NCBI GenBank assembly: GCA_965215195.1
Contig: CBDCDC010000002.1
Coordinates: 4,320,001 to 4,384,000, forward strand
DNA length: 64,000 nt
Reading direction: 5' to 3'
Source: Candidatus Latescibacterota bacterium
GTDB taxonomy: Bacteria > Latescibacterota > UBA2968 > UBA8231
Shown here: piece by piece, positions 49,712-59,034 of the stretch
Layout of the letters: each line of letters begins with the position of its first letter
Numbering within the stretch: position 1 is the first letter of the stretch
Program-made: the position numbers and the translations under genes
Notes under the pieces: generated by a model
The model's input: the letters and a program-made list of their open reading frames with translations, nothing else
Told to the model about the DNA's origin: nothing
Database searches by the model: none

Positions 49712-51946
49712 ATGAATAAAAGATGCACCGCTCGACAGGCCGAGATCGTCCTGTTCTGCGTTTCCTTACTCGCTGGGCAGACCTTTGCCCAGAGCAAGGC
49801 TTTCGTACAGGGGCAGGTCGTCGACGAAACCGGACAGCCGGTCGCCTTTGCCAACGTACAAATCATCGACACTACCGACGGCTCAGTAACAGGCCGCGAC
49901 GGCCGTTTTGTCTTTTCTACCCGGCACCTTGGATCACGCGACCTGCACGCCACCTTCATCGGCTTTGAACCTGCCCGGCAGACCCTACACTTGATCGCGG
50001 GCGACACCACACTGGTGCGCTTGGTGCTGCGGCACTCCCTCATTGAACTCGGTGAAACCGTCGTCACAGTTAGCACCTACACCACCGGGGAGGATGAGAC
50101 CGTCACCCTCTCGCCTTTAGATGTATTGACGACGCCTGGGGCTTCGGCCGATATTTTTCTCGCGGTCAAAACCTTTCCCGGCGTTGCTACCGTACATGAC
50201 GGTGCCGGTCTTTTTGTCCGCGGGGGCGACGTGAGCGAGACCGTCGTTTTGCTCGATCAAGCTACGGTGGTGCATCCCTACAGATACGAATCGCCCACCG
50301 GCGGAGTATTCGGCACGATTCCCTCCTTTATGGTGCAGGGCACGGTTTTTTCCACAGGTGGATTCTCCGCCCGCTATGGCAATGCGCTTTCCGCGGTGCT
50401 GTCCATGGAGAGCCTAAACATGCCCGTGCAACGGAGCTATAGGCTCGGTTTGGGCCTCGCTGCCGGCTCTGTGGGCCTCGACCTGCCTCTTATTGACGAT
50501 AAGCTTGGCCTGCGCTTTACGGGCAATCGCAGCTTTACCGATCTCATGCTTCGCGTCAACGGTCACCGCAGCGAATTCACTACCACTCCACGCGGCCACG
50601 ACGGCAATCTCAACCTAGTGTACAAATACTCACCGACCGGACGCCTCAAACTCTTCAGCTTCAACGCGGGCGACCGAATCGGTGTGCGCGTGGTCGAGCC
50701 TTCGTTTGACGGCCAGTACCGAGACCGTACCGATAACTACTTGCACAATGTTCAGTGGACGGATGTATGGGCCGATTGGTTCATCCAGACCAGTGCCTCG
50801 CTCAACCGGCACACGGCCCGGCGGCAGTTGGGCAGCCTAGACCTGACCCCCCGCGACTGGACCGGCAAAATTCGCACGGACTGGGAACGCGCGCTCGGAG
50901 CTTTCGGGATCATGCGCCTCGGTACCGAACTGGAGCACGCTGACAACAGCTTCGTGGGCAGCATTCCTCAGGACGATGTTCTCGACCCCGAGGCAGAGAC
51001 ATTTGAACTCGACACTTCCTACAGTGCCCGGCGCACTGGTGCCTACTTTGAGGTTGATTTCAAGCCCGGGCGTCGCATCGTCGCCAATGTCGGTATGCGC
51101 GCCGACCACCACAGCTTGAGCGACGATTTTGTCCTAGACCCGCGCCTGTCTGCGCGATACCAGTTTTCCGCGAACACAAACGCTCGGCTCGCTTGGGGCA
51201 TCTATCACCAATTCCCCGCCCCATTTGAATACAACCCCACCAGCGGCAACCCCAATCTAGGGCCCCAACGCGCCCAACACTGGGTAGGCGGCTTGCACCA
51301 CGAACGCGGACAATTCCTAGTACGGCTGGAGGCTTACTACAAACCCTACCGCAATCTCGTCCTGGATCACCCCGACCTAAACCTTGCAAACGCGGGTAAA
51401 GGCCGGGCTTCTGGTGTTGACCTCTTTTGCAAGTACGGCGCTTTTCTCAATACGCGCTTGAGCGGGTGGATAGCCTACAGTCTGCTGCGATCGCGCCGAT
51501 TGCAGGTGCGCCACCTAGGGTTTGAGATGCTCCGCGAAGAAGCTCCTTCTCCGTTTGATATTACGCACAACCTGACCTTGGTCACAAAGGGGCAGATCGT
51601 CTACGCCCTCAGCGGCGGCCTGACTCTGAGATACGCCACCGGACGCCCCATCACCCCAATCGTCGATGCCGTTTCCGTAGCAGATAAAAGCTACTACCTG
51701 CCCGTAGAAGGACCTGTCGGCTCAGAACGGCTGCCGTCCTTTCAACAGATAGATGGGCAATTGAGCTACGTGCATTTCTTTGGCAGCGGTCACCAAGCGG
51801 TCTTCTACTTGGCGGTCAACAACCTGCTCAACCGCGCCAATGTGCTCGACTATGATTACAGCATCGACTATGCTCAGCGCCAGCCACGCACCGCCATCTT
51901 TCGCCGCTCCATTTACTTTGGCACCACCGTCTCTCTGAACTATTGA
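49712..51946 (+). CDS. TonB-dependent receptor with N-terminal carboxypeptidase-regulatory-like domain
   Basis: GQVVD..G.PVAFANV, LFVRGG, FSTGGFSARYGNALS and PRLS motifs; terminal aromatic residue. Confidence 0.9.
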   Translation: MNKRCTARQAEIVLFCVSLLAGQTFAQSKAFVQGQVVDETGQPVAFANVQIIDTTDGSVTGRDGRFVFSTRHLGSRDLHATFIGFEPARQTLHLIAGDTTLVRLVLRHSLIELGETVVTVSTYTTGEDETVTLSPLDVLTTPGASADIFLAVKTFPGVATVHDGAGLFVRGGDVSETVVLLDQATVVHPYRYESPTGGVFGTIPSFMVQGTVFSTGGFSARYGNALSAVLSMESLNMPVQRSYRLGLGLAAGSVGLDLPLIDDKLGLRFTGNRSFTDLMLRVNGHRSEFTTTPRGHDGNLNLVYKYSPTGRLKLFSFNAGDRIGVRVVEPSFDGQYRDRTDNYLHNVQWTDVWADWFIQTSASLNRHTARRQLGSLDLTPRDWTGKIRTDWERALGAFGIMRLGTELEHADNSFVGSIPQDDVLDPEAETFELDTSYSARRTGAYFEVDFKPGRRIVANVGMRADHHSLSDDFVLDPRLSARYQFSANTNARLAWGIYHQFPAPFEYNPTSGNPNLGPQRAQHWVGGLHHERGQFLVRLEAYYKPYRNLVLDHPDLNLANAGKGRASGVDLFCKYGAFLNTRLSGWIAYSLLRSRRLQVRHLGFEMLREEAPSPFDITHNLTLVTKGQIVYALSGGLTLRYATGRPITPIVDAVSVADKSYYLPVEGPVGSERLPSFQQIDGQLSYVHFFGSGHQAVFYLAVNNLLNRANVLDYDYSIDYAQRQPRTAIFRRSIYFGTTVSLNY

Positions 51947-51967
51947 CCTTAACCAAAGAGGCCACTT

Positions 51968-52753
51968 ATGCGACGCGTTCTGCTCTCACTAATTTTCATT
52001 TTCTCGCCCGCTTACTCCGCCTTCGCCCAATCGGTTGACAGTCTTCTCGTCAGTGGAAAACAGATGCTGGAAGCCGGTGAAAACGAGCGTTCCCTCGATG
52101 CGATGTATGCGGCGCGGGCGATGTTCGAGCGCACCTTAGCCGATACCAGCTTGGCCGCGTGGGGACACTACTACATCGCCTTGGCCGATTACCGCATCGT
52201 CGACCTCCTATTAGCCGCAGGCAAAAAAAACAAAGACGCGGCTTCTGAGCATCTCAAAGCCGCTGTCGAGCATTTGCAAGAGGCCACCCGGCTCGATCCT
52301 CAAGCCGCCGAAGCTTATGCTCTGCTGTCGAGCGTGTACGGACGACAGATCGGCCTCAACCCGGTCAAGAGCATGGTCTTGGGCTCCAGAGTAGGGAAGG
52401 CCATCAAAAAAGCTATGCAGCTCGCCCCCGACAATCCGCGTGTGGTGCTGAGCGCGGCCATCAGTGATTTCAATACCCCCAAAATGTTCGGTGGAAGCAA
52501 AGAAGAGGGCCTGCAAGGATTCCAGCGTGCGGCCGAACTATTCGCCCAAGAAGAGCCGACCGATCCCATCCACCCCGCATGGGGACACAGCCGCACGTAC
52601 GCTTGGCTCGGCATCGCTTACCAGGACCGCGGCGAACTGGAGCAGGCGCGAGCGGCCTTTGCAAAGGCGCTTGAAATCGATCCAGATTTTGGTTGGGTCA
52701 AGTACGTGCTGCTGCCCGAATTGGAGAAAGCCAATTCACCGGATGCGCCGTGA
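51968..52753 (+). CDS. Secreted TPR protein
   Basis: Signal peptide ending AFA; PDNPR and PAWG motifs; TPR helices. Confidence 0.8.
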   Translation: MRRVLLSLIFIFSPAYSAFAQSVDSLLVSGKQMLEAGENERSLDAMYAARAMFERTLADTSLAAWGHYYIALADYRIVDLLLAAGKKNKDAASEHLKAAVEHLQEATRLDPQAAEAYALLSSVYGRQIGLNPVKSMVLGSRVGKAIKKAMQLAPDNPRVVLSAAISDFNTPKMFGGSKEEGLQGFQRAAELFAQEEPTDPIHPAWGHSRTYAWLGIAYQDRGELEQARAAFAKALEIDPDFGWVKYVLLPELEKANSPDAP

Positions 52754-52781
52754 GCAAGCGACCGCCAGATTGCTGGGCTGA

Positions 52782-52900
52782 GAAGCTGTCGAGTTAAACG
52801 CGAATATCGGGAAAACCAAGCGATTCTACGGGGTTTCAGCACCCTGCAAAAATGAAAACCAACCCTTTTCGTGGATTATGCCGAATAACTCAACAACTCC
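52782..52900. mobile_element. Putative 119-bp MITE
   Basis: Terminal IR GAAGCTGTCGAGTTA versus reverse complement GGAGTTGTTGAGTTA (12/15); TGA on both flanks. Confidence 0.5.
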
Positions 52901-52917
52901 TGAGTTGCAAGGAGTGC

Positions 52918-54117
52918 CTAACTGGCTTTGGTGGCGGGTCTGCCGCCTCGGGAGCGCCTCCGGCCGCGCCCGCGTCCTCGGCCGCCTCGTTTGGCGCGGA
53001 TGTCGTCCAAGTTGGGCGCAGTGCCTTCCCACTGTGCGTGGATGCGGTTGGCGTTGAGCAGGCGCTTGAGGTCGCGGAGGTCGCGGTCGCCGACCAAGGT
53101 CAGGGCCTTGCCCGCCCGGCCCATGCGCCCGGCCCGACCCGTGCGGTGGGTGTAGATTTCGGCGTTAAAGGGAAAGTCGTAGTTGATGACGTGGGTGACG
53201 TGCGAAAAATCGAGGCCGCGCCCGGCCACGTCCGTGGCGACCATAAAGCGGATCTTCCGCTGGCGGAAGCGGCGGAAGATGGAGGTGCGCCGCTCTTGGT
53301 CCAGCCCGCCGTGGATGATGTCAACCGAGGGGACGCGCCTTTGTAAGCTGCGGAACAAGTCGGATGCTTTGTAGCGCGAGTTGCAGAAGATGATGCCTTG
53401 CTGGATCTCGTGGTCCTCGATGTAATTGACGAGCGCGTCACAACGGTGGCGGGAGACGTGGAGGAAGTGATGGGCGAGCGATTGGGGTGCCCGCTGGTGG
53501 CGGTTGAGATGGACGCGCTCGGGCGACGTGAGGTATTGTTGGGTCAGCCGCTCTATCTCCGAGGGCATGGTAGCGGAAAAAAGCAGGGTTTGGTATTCCT
53601 GCATGATGCAGGACATGATAAAGTCCACGTCTTCGATAAATCCCATCTTGAGCATCTCGTCAGCCTCGTCGAGGACCACGGTTTTGACTTGGGTCAGGTC
53701 GAGGCTGTGATTCCATATAAAGTCGATGAGGCGACCGGGCGTGGCCACGAGCACGTGAACGCCGTGGTTGATCTTGGCCTTTTGGATGTCCATGTCAAAG
53801 CCGCCGTAGATGGCAAACGGCACCACGTCTGAGTACTGGGCGATTTCGTCCACCTCTTGGACGTATTGGAGTGCCAACTCGCGGGTGGGGACCAAGATGA
53901 GGGACTGGATGGCGTTGAGCGATTCGTCTGTGGCTTGGATTAGGGGAATGGCGCAGGCCCCGGTCTTGCCAGAGCCGGTTTCGGCTAGGCCCATGACGTC
54001 TTTGCCGGCGATAATGTGGGGAATGGTTTGTTCTTGGATGGGCGTCATGTCCTCGTAGCCCATCTCGTTGAGTGCTTTGAGGATGTAGGGTGCTAGGTCG
54101 AGCTCGGTAAACTGCAT
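52918..54117 (-). CDS. DEAD-box RNA helicase
   Basis: TGSGKT, PTRELA, TPGR, DEAD, SAT and HRTGRAGR motifs. Confidence 0.95.
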   Translation of the reverse strand: MQFTELDLAPYILKALNEMGYEDMTPIQEQTIPHIIAGKDVMGLAETGSGKTGACAIPLIQATDESLNAIQSLILVPTRELALQYVQEVDEIAQYSDVVPFAIYGGFDMDIQKAKINHGVHVLVATPGRLIDFIWNHSLDLTQVKTVVLDEADEMLKMGFIEDVDFIMSCIMQEYQTLLFSATMPSEIERLTQQYLTSPERVHLNRHQRAPQSLAHHFLHVSRHRCDALVNYIEDHEIQQGIIFCNSRYKASDLFRSLQRRVPSVDIIHGGLDQERRTSIFRRFRQRKIRFMVATDVAGRGLDFSHVTHVINYDFPFNAEIYTHRTGRAGRMGRAGKALTLVGDRDLRDLKRLLNANRIHAQWEGTAPNLDDIRAKRGGRGRGRGRRRSRGGRPATKAS

Positions 54118-54282
54118 AAATCCTGTCTATTGGGTTACAGATGTGTGCCGCGGAATGTCAGCGAATGTGCGTTACTTGTTATAAGTTATAAACTTAGGCA
54201 AAAAAGCCAAATGTGCAATAGGCCGCGCTGCGCGGGAGCGGCGGGGGCTTACTTTGTAACCCAATAGACGAGGAGACAAAAG

Positions 54283-55758
54283 ATGACAGATGTGCGGGTG
54301 CGCATCGCACCTTCGCCGACCGGCCCCATGCACGTGGGGACCGCGTACCAAGCGCTATTCGACTGGGTGTGGGCGCGGCAAAACGAAGGGCAGTTTGTGC
54401 TGCGCATTGAGGACACGGACCAAGCCCGGTCGCACGAGAAGTACGAAGATCAGCTCGTGCAGTCGCTGCGGTGGCTGGGATTGGCGTGGGACGAAGGCCC
54501 GGATGTGGGCGGCCCCTACGGCCCATATCGGCAGAGCGAGCGCTTGCCCATCTACGCGGAGTACGCCGCGAAGTTGGTAGCCAGCGGGCATGCTTATCCC
54601 TGCTTTTGCACGAGCGAGCGGCTGGCCGCGCTGCGGGCGGAGCAGCAGGAGCGCAGGGAGCGTATTGGCTACGATGGACACTGCCGGGGGCTGGCTGCCA
54701 GCGAGGTCGAAGCCAAGATGCGGGCGGGATGTGCGCACGTAATTCGGCTGGAGATGCCGAAGGAGGGAGCATGTGTAGTCGAGGACATGCTCCGGGGGCC
54801 AATTTCCCTGCAGTGGGGGCATATAGACGACCAAGTGCTGATGAAGTCCGATGGCTTTCCGACCTACCACTTGGCCGTGGTCGTAGATGATCACTTGATG
54901 CGGATCAGCCACGTGATTCGGGGGGAGGAATGGATCACCTCCACGCCCAAGCACCTCATGCTCTACGAGGCTTTTGGCTGGGCACCGCCGACGTACATGC
55001 ACCTGCCATTGCTGCTCAATCCCGATGGCTCCAAGATGTCGAAGCGGCGGAATCCGACCTCGGTGGAGTACTATCGCCGCGCCGGCTATGTGCCGCAGGC
55101 CCTGCTCAACTACTTGGCACTCATGGCCCATCCGCCGGTTGGGGAAGAAAAGTTCACCTTGGAGCAATTAACGGAGCATTTCGACCCGGCGAAGCTCAAC
55201 TTGGGCGGCTCCATCTTTGACATAGACAAGCTGAGTTGGCTCAATGGACGCTATTTGCGCGAGGAGCGGACGCCGGAGGCCCTGTTGGCCGAGCTAAAGG
55301 GTTGGCTGCTCAACGACGAGTACTTGGGGCAGATGCTGCCGTTTATGCAGCAGCGGCTAGAGACGCTGGGAGATTTTGTGCCGCGCGTGGCGTTCTTCTT
55401 CGCCCGGCAGGTGGTGCCCAAGGCCGAGGATTTGGTCCCGAAAAAGCGGCAGGCCGCCGAGGTGGCGCGGATGTTGCAAACAGCCGTGTGGGCCCTGGAC
55501 GAGGTGGTGGAGTGGGACAAAGATGGCGTGGCCGAGGCCGTGCGCCGGGTGGCCGCGCATTGGGAGTGGCCGGTCCGCGACGTGACCGTACCGCTCATCG
55601 CCGCGCTGACTGGCGAGCGGGTGGGGCCGCCGCTGTTTGAATCCGCCGCGCTCTTGGGGCCAGAATTGACCCGGATGCGGCTCTTGGACGCGATGAAGGT
55701 GTTGGGTGGGCTGTCTAAGAAACAGGCGAGTCGGCTGGAGAAGAATTGGAGGCGGTAA
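54283..55758 (+). CDS. gltX: Glutamate--tRNA ligase
   Basis: RIAPSPTG, HVGT, RIEDTD and KMSKR motifs; anticodon domain present. Confidence 0.95.
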   Translation: MTDVRVRIAPSPTGPMHVGTAYQALFDWVWARQNEGQFVLRIEDTDQARSHEKYEDQLVQSLRWLGLAWDEGPDVGGPYGPYRQSERLPIYAEYAAKLVASGHAYPCFCTSERLAALRAEQQERRERIGYDGHCRGLAASEVEAKMRAGCAHVIRLEMPKEGACVVEDMLRGPISLQWGHIDDQVLMKSDGFPTYHLAVVVDDHLMRISHVIRGEEWITSTPKHLMLYEAFGWAPPTYMHLPLLLNPDGSKMSKRRNPTSVEYYRRAGYVPQALLNYLALMAHPPVGEEKFTLEQLTEHFDPAKLNLGGSIFDIDKLSWLNGRYLREERTPEALLAELKGWLLNDEYLGQMLPFMQQRLETLGDFVPRVAFFFARQVVPKAEDLVPKKRQAAEVARMLQTAVWALDEVVEWDKDGVAEAVRRVAAHWEWPVRDVTVPLIAALTGERVGPPLFESAALLGPELTRMRLLDAMKVLGGLSKKQASRLEKNWRR

Positions 55759-55801
55759 CGTCCTCAGCGCAACGAGAGCCCCGCCCAGCATAGACCGCAT
55801 G

Positions 55802-57328
55802 TTACGGCTCACCGCGCAACCTTTTGAAGTGCGCCAGTGCCTGCGCGGTGCGCAGGGAGTCGCCGAGGGCCCGGTAGGCCAAGGCCAAGCCGTAATGGGC
55901 GCGGGCATAGCTCGAGTCGGCCGCTAGGACCGTGCGAAAGTGGCCCACTGCCTCCTCGGCCGCCCCGGCGCGCAACGCCACCCCGCCGAGGCCGTGGTAG
56001 GCGTCTGCGTACCCTGCCCGGTGCTCGAGTGCCGCAGTGAATGCCTTGCGGGCTTGCGCCAGTTCCCCCTTGGCAAAATGGGCGTTGCCGAGGTTGTACC
56101 AAGCAAGGGCGTACCCTTCGTCCAGTGCCAGTGCCTGGCGAAAGGCGGCGATGGCCTCGTCCAAGCGGTTGAGACGAGCGTAGGCATTGCCCAGATTGTG
56201 CCAAGCCGGCGCATGGGTGGGGTTGATCGTCAGGGTGCGCTGGAAGGCCGCGGCCGCTTCGCTTGCTACGCCCAATCTCGCATAGATCCGGCCCAATTCA
56301 AAGAGCGCCATAGCATCGTGCGGATTGCCGTCCAGTACTGTTTTCCAGCGGAGAATGTCCCCAGCGTACGCGTCCATGCGCTTGAAGGCGCGTAGAGCCG
56401 CGGCGCTTTCCTCGGCCTTACCTTGTTTCTGGTAGGTCTGGGATAGGTTGTAATAGGCTTGCGGGGAGAGCATATCCAAGTGAATGGCGCGGCGCAGAGC
56501 TTGGGCCGCCGGCTCGTATTGCCCCAGCTTGGTGCGGGCTACCCCGAGCCAGTTAAATGCCGCTGCGGCCGTCGAATCCGCGGCAATGGCCGCCTCAAAG
56601 CTGGCCGCGGCCTCCTCGTACCGCCCCAGGCGGAGGTGTGCCCGCCCCAAGCCGATCCGGGGGGCGACCGCCGTCGGTTGCAAATTTACGGCCTGCACGA
56701 GGAGTGCGGCCGCCTTTTTGCACTGCCCCAGCTTGAGACAGTACACATCCCCCAACGCAGTGTGCGCCAAGATGTATTTAGAGTCGCTGGCAATGGCCTG
56801 TTCCATGGCCGCGGCCGCCTCTTGGTACGCGCCTTCTTGGGCGAAGGCCGCGCCGATATTGTAGTGCGAGGGGGCATGATCCGGCTCGCTTAAAAGTGCC
56901 TGCTGGTAGGCTTGGCGGGCTTTTGCAAAGTGCCGCTGCCGCAGATAGACGGCCCCCAGCCCCCGGTGCGCGTCCGCACAATCGGCACATCCCTGCGCGG
57001 CCTCTTGGTATGTTTCTGCGGCTCGATCCAATTGGCCTCTCTTAAACAGGATGTTGCCGATCGCCACCTGCGCTCCGGTGTGGGTGGAGTCCAGCGCCCG
57101 GGCTTGGCCAAAGGACTGGAGAGCCTCGGAGTAGCGCATCTGTTCGTGGTACACTTGGCCGAGCGCGTAATGGGTCTCGGCGTCCGTTGGGTCTTCGGCG
57201 ATCTGGCGCTGATAGCGGACCGCCCGCTCGCCTAGGCTTTCCTCGGCGGGGGCACACCCAGCGAGCAGGGCTAGCAGGCAGGCAATGGCCCAGCGGCACA
57301 CTCGAGTCCTTTTCCACTGGTTGCTCAT
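55802..57328 (-). CDS. TPR lipoprotein
   Basis: Lipobox LAGC; many TPR units. Confidence 0.85.
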   Translation of the reverse strand: MSNQWKRTRVCRWAIACLLALLAGCAPAEESLGERAVRYQRQIAEDPTDAETHYALGQVYHEQMRYSEALQSFGQARALDSTHTGAQVAIGNILFKRGQLDRAAETYQEAAQGCADCADAHRGLGAVYLRQRHFAKARQAYQQALLSEPDHAPSHYNIGAAFAQEGAYQEAAAAMEQAIASDSKYILAHTALGDVYCLKLGQCKKAAALLVQAVNLQPTAVAPRIGLGRAHLRLGRYEEAAASFEAAIAADSTAAAAFNWLGVARTKLGQYEPAAQALRRAIHLDMLSPQAYYNLSQTYQKQGKAEESAAALRAFKRMDAYAGDILRWKTVLDGNPHDAMALFELGRIYARLGVASEAAAAFQRTLTINPTHAPAWHNLGNAYARLNRLDEAIAAFRQALALDEGYALAWYNLGNAHFAKGELAQARKAFTAALEHRAGYADAYHGLGGVALRAGAAEEAVGHFRTVLAADSSYARAHYGLALAYRALGDSLRTAQALAHFKRLRGEP

Positions 57329-57330
57329 GT

Positions 57331-58974
57331 TCAACCGGAGGAGGGCGGTTCTTCCACTTGGTGAATCTGGTCGATGGGCACTTCTGCGAGCGTCTGCACG
57401 ATCCCGCTGGGCCAGCGGATCTGGACGCGATCCACCCGTTCCCGCTGGCCCAAGCCGAAGTACACCCGCAGATCGTTTTGCGAGAGATAGCTGCTGCCGC
57501 TGCGCACCTCTTCGACTTGCACCAAATCGCCGCTTACCACCCGGATCACCGCCCCGATCCCGTCTCGGTTGCTGACCCGGCCTACGGTCTTAAATGCGAT
57601 CCAGTGGTTGCGCTGGTCGCGGTCGTTGCGCAGCAAAAACGCCCGCTGGTTGTTGTTGGAGACAAAGGCGTCTAGGTCGCCATCGTTGTCGTAGTCGGCA
57701 AAGGCCGCGCCCCGGCCGACTCCGCGCAGGGCCGTAGCCTGCACCAGCGCAAACCGCCCGGCCCCGTCGTTGGCAAAGAGTTGGTCCGGCTGGGGATAGG
57801 ACGCGGCTTGGTCAAACGCCTGCACTTGTGGATGAACGTGACCATTGGCCAGATAGAGGTCTAGGTCGCCGTCGTTGTCGTAGTCGAAAAAATCCGTGCC
57901 AAAAGTCAAGGTCAAAAGCGTAGGCTCGCCCAGCCCCGACGGAAAGCTCAGGTCGGCAAATGCGCCATCGCCTTCGTTGCGATAGAGGCGGCAGCTTTCC
58001 CACTGGAAGTTGCAGACCACGAGATCCAAGTCGCCGTCCCGGTCGCAATCGCCAAAGTCCGTGCCCATGCCGGCCTCGGGGCGAGCGCTCTCGCTGAGCG
58101 CCACCCCGGCGCTCAATCCCACTTCGGCGAACCGCGCTGCGCCGTCGTTGCGGAAGAGGAAATTGGCCTTCATGTCGTTGGCCACATACAGATCCGCGTC
58201 GCCATCGCCGTCGTAGTCGCCAAAGACGACGCCCAACTGGCGGCCGGCTTCGCTGTACACGCCAGCCGCCCGGGTAATATCGGCGAACTTCCCGCTCCGA
58301 TCGTTGCGGAAAAGGACGCCGGATTCTCCTTTGTACTGGGTGGGGGCGCAATAGACCGGGATCGACCCTTGGCGACACCCTTCGTCGTGCGCTAGGTCAA
58401 CCGAGACATTGTTGGCCACATAGAGGTCCAAATCGCCGTCGTTGTCGATGTCGGCAAAGGCCGCGCTGGTGCTCAGGCGGGGGTCGCCGACCCCGGCGTC
58501 GGCGGTCTGATCGGCAAAGGTGCCATCGCCCTGATTGCGATACAGGACGTTGGGGCCGAAGTTGGTCACGTACAGATCCACGTGTCCGTCGTTGTCGATG
58601 TCCCCGACGCAGGTCCCCATGCCATAGCCCGGATGGCCCGTCCGCGTTTGCGCTGTCACATCGGCAAAGGTGCCGTCGCCCCGGTTGCGATAGAGTGCGT
58701 TGGTGGGGACGCCCTCGGCGACAAAACCCGGCAGGGGCGCGCTGTTGACCGCATAGAGGTCTGGATCGCCGTCGCTGTCGTAGTCGAGGAAGGCCGCGCC
58801 CGATCCATAGGTTTCCACGTAGTAGTAGCGCCCGCTCGCCCCATTCTGATGGTGGAATTCAATGCCCACCTCCTGCGCCACCTCTACAAACGCCGGTCTG
58901 GCCTCCGGGTTTTCTGGTCCGCATCCCGCGCTGCCCACGACGAGCAGTGCCCACAAAGACAAAACCGCGGCCAC
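57331..58974 (-). CDS. CRTAC1-family FG-GAP/ASPIC-UnbV protein
   Basis: Repeated DxDxDGDxD; NRDGIGA, YLSQ, FGLG and IRWPSG motifs. Confidence 0.92.
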   Translation of the reverse strand: MAAVLSLWALLVVGSAGCGPENPEARPAFVEVAQEVGIEFHHQNGASGRYYYVETYGSGAAFLDYDSDGDPDLYAVNSAPLPGFVAEGVPTNALYRNRGDGTFADVTAQTRTGHPGYGMGTCVGDIDNDGHVDLYVTNFGPNVLYRNQGDGTFADQTADAGVGDPRLSTSAAFADIDNDGDLDLYVANNVSVDLAHDEGCRQGSIPVYCAPTQYKGESGVLFRNDRSGKFADITRAAGVYSEAGRQLGVVFGDYDGDGDADLYVANDMKANFLFRNDGAARFAEVGLSAGVALSESARPEAGMGTDFGDCDRDGDLDLVVCNFQWESCRLYRNEGDGAFADLSFPSGLGEPTLLTLTFGTDFFDYDNDGDLDLYLANGHVHPQVQAFDQAASYPQPDQLFANDGAGRFALVQATALRGVGRGAAFADYDNDGDLDAFVSNNNQRAFLLRNDRDQRNHWIAFKTVGRVSNRDGIGAVIRVVSGDLVQVEEVRSGSSYLSQNDLRVYFGLGQRERVDRVQIRWPSGIVQTLAEVPIDQIHQVEEPPSSG

Positions 58975-59034
58975 GGACTAATAGACGGAGGAGTTGAGGT
59001 GAGCGTGGGGTGCCCCTACGAGTGATGGCATGGG

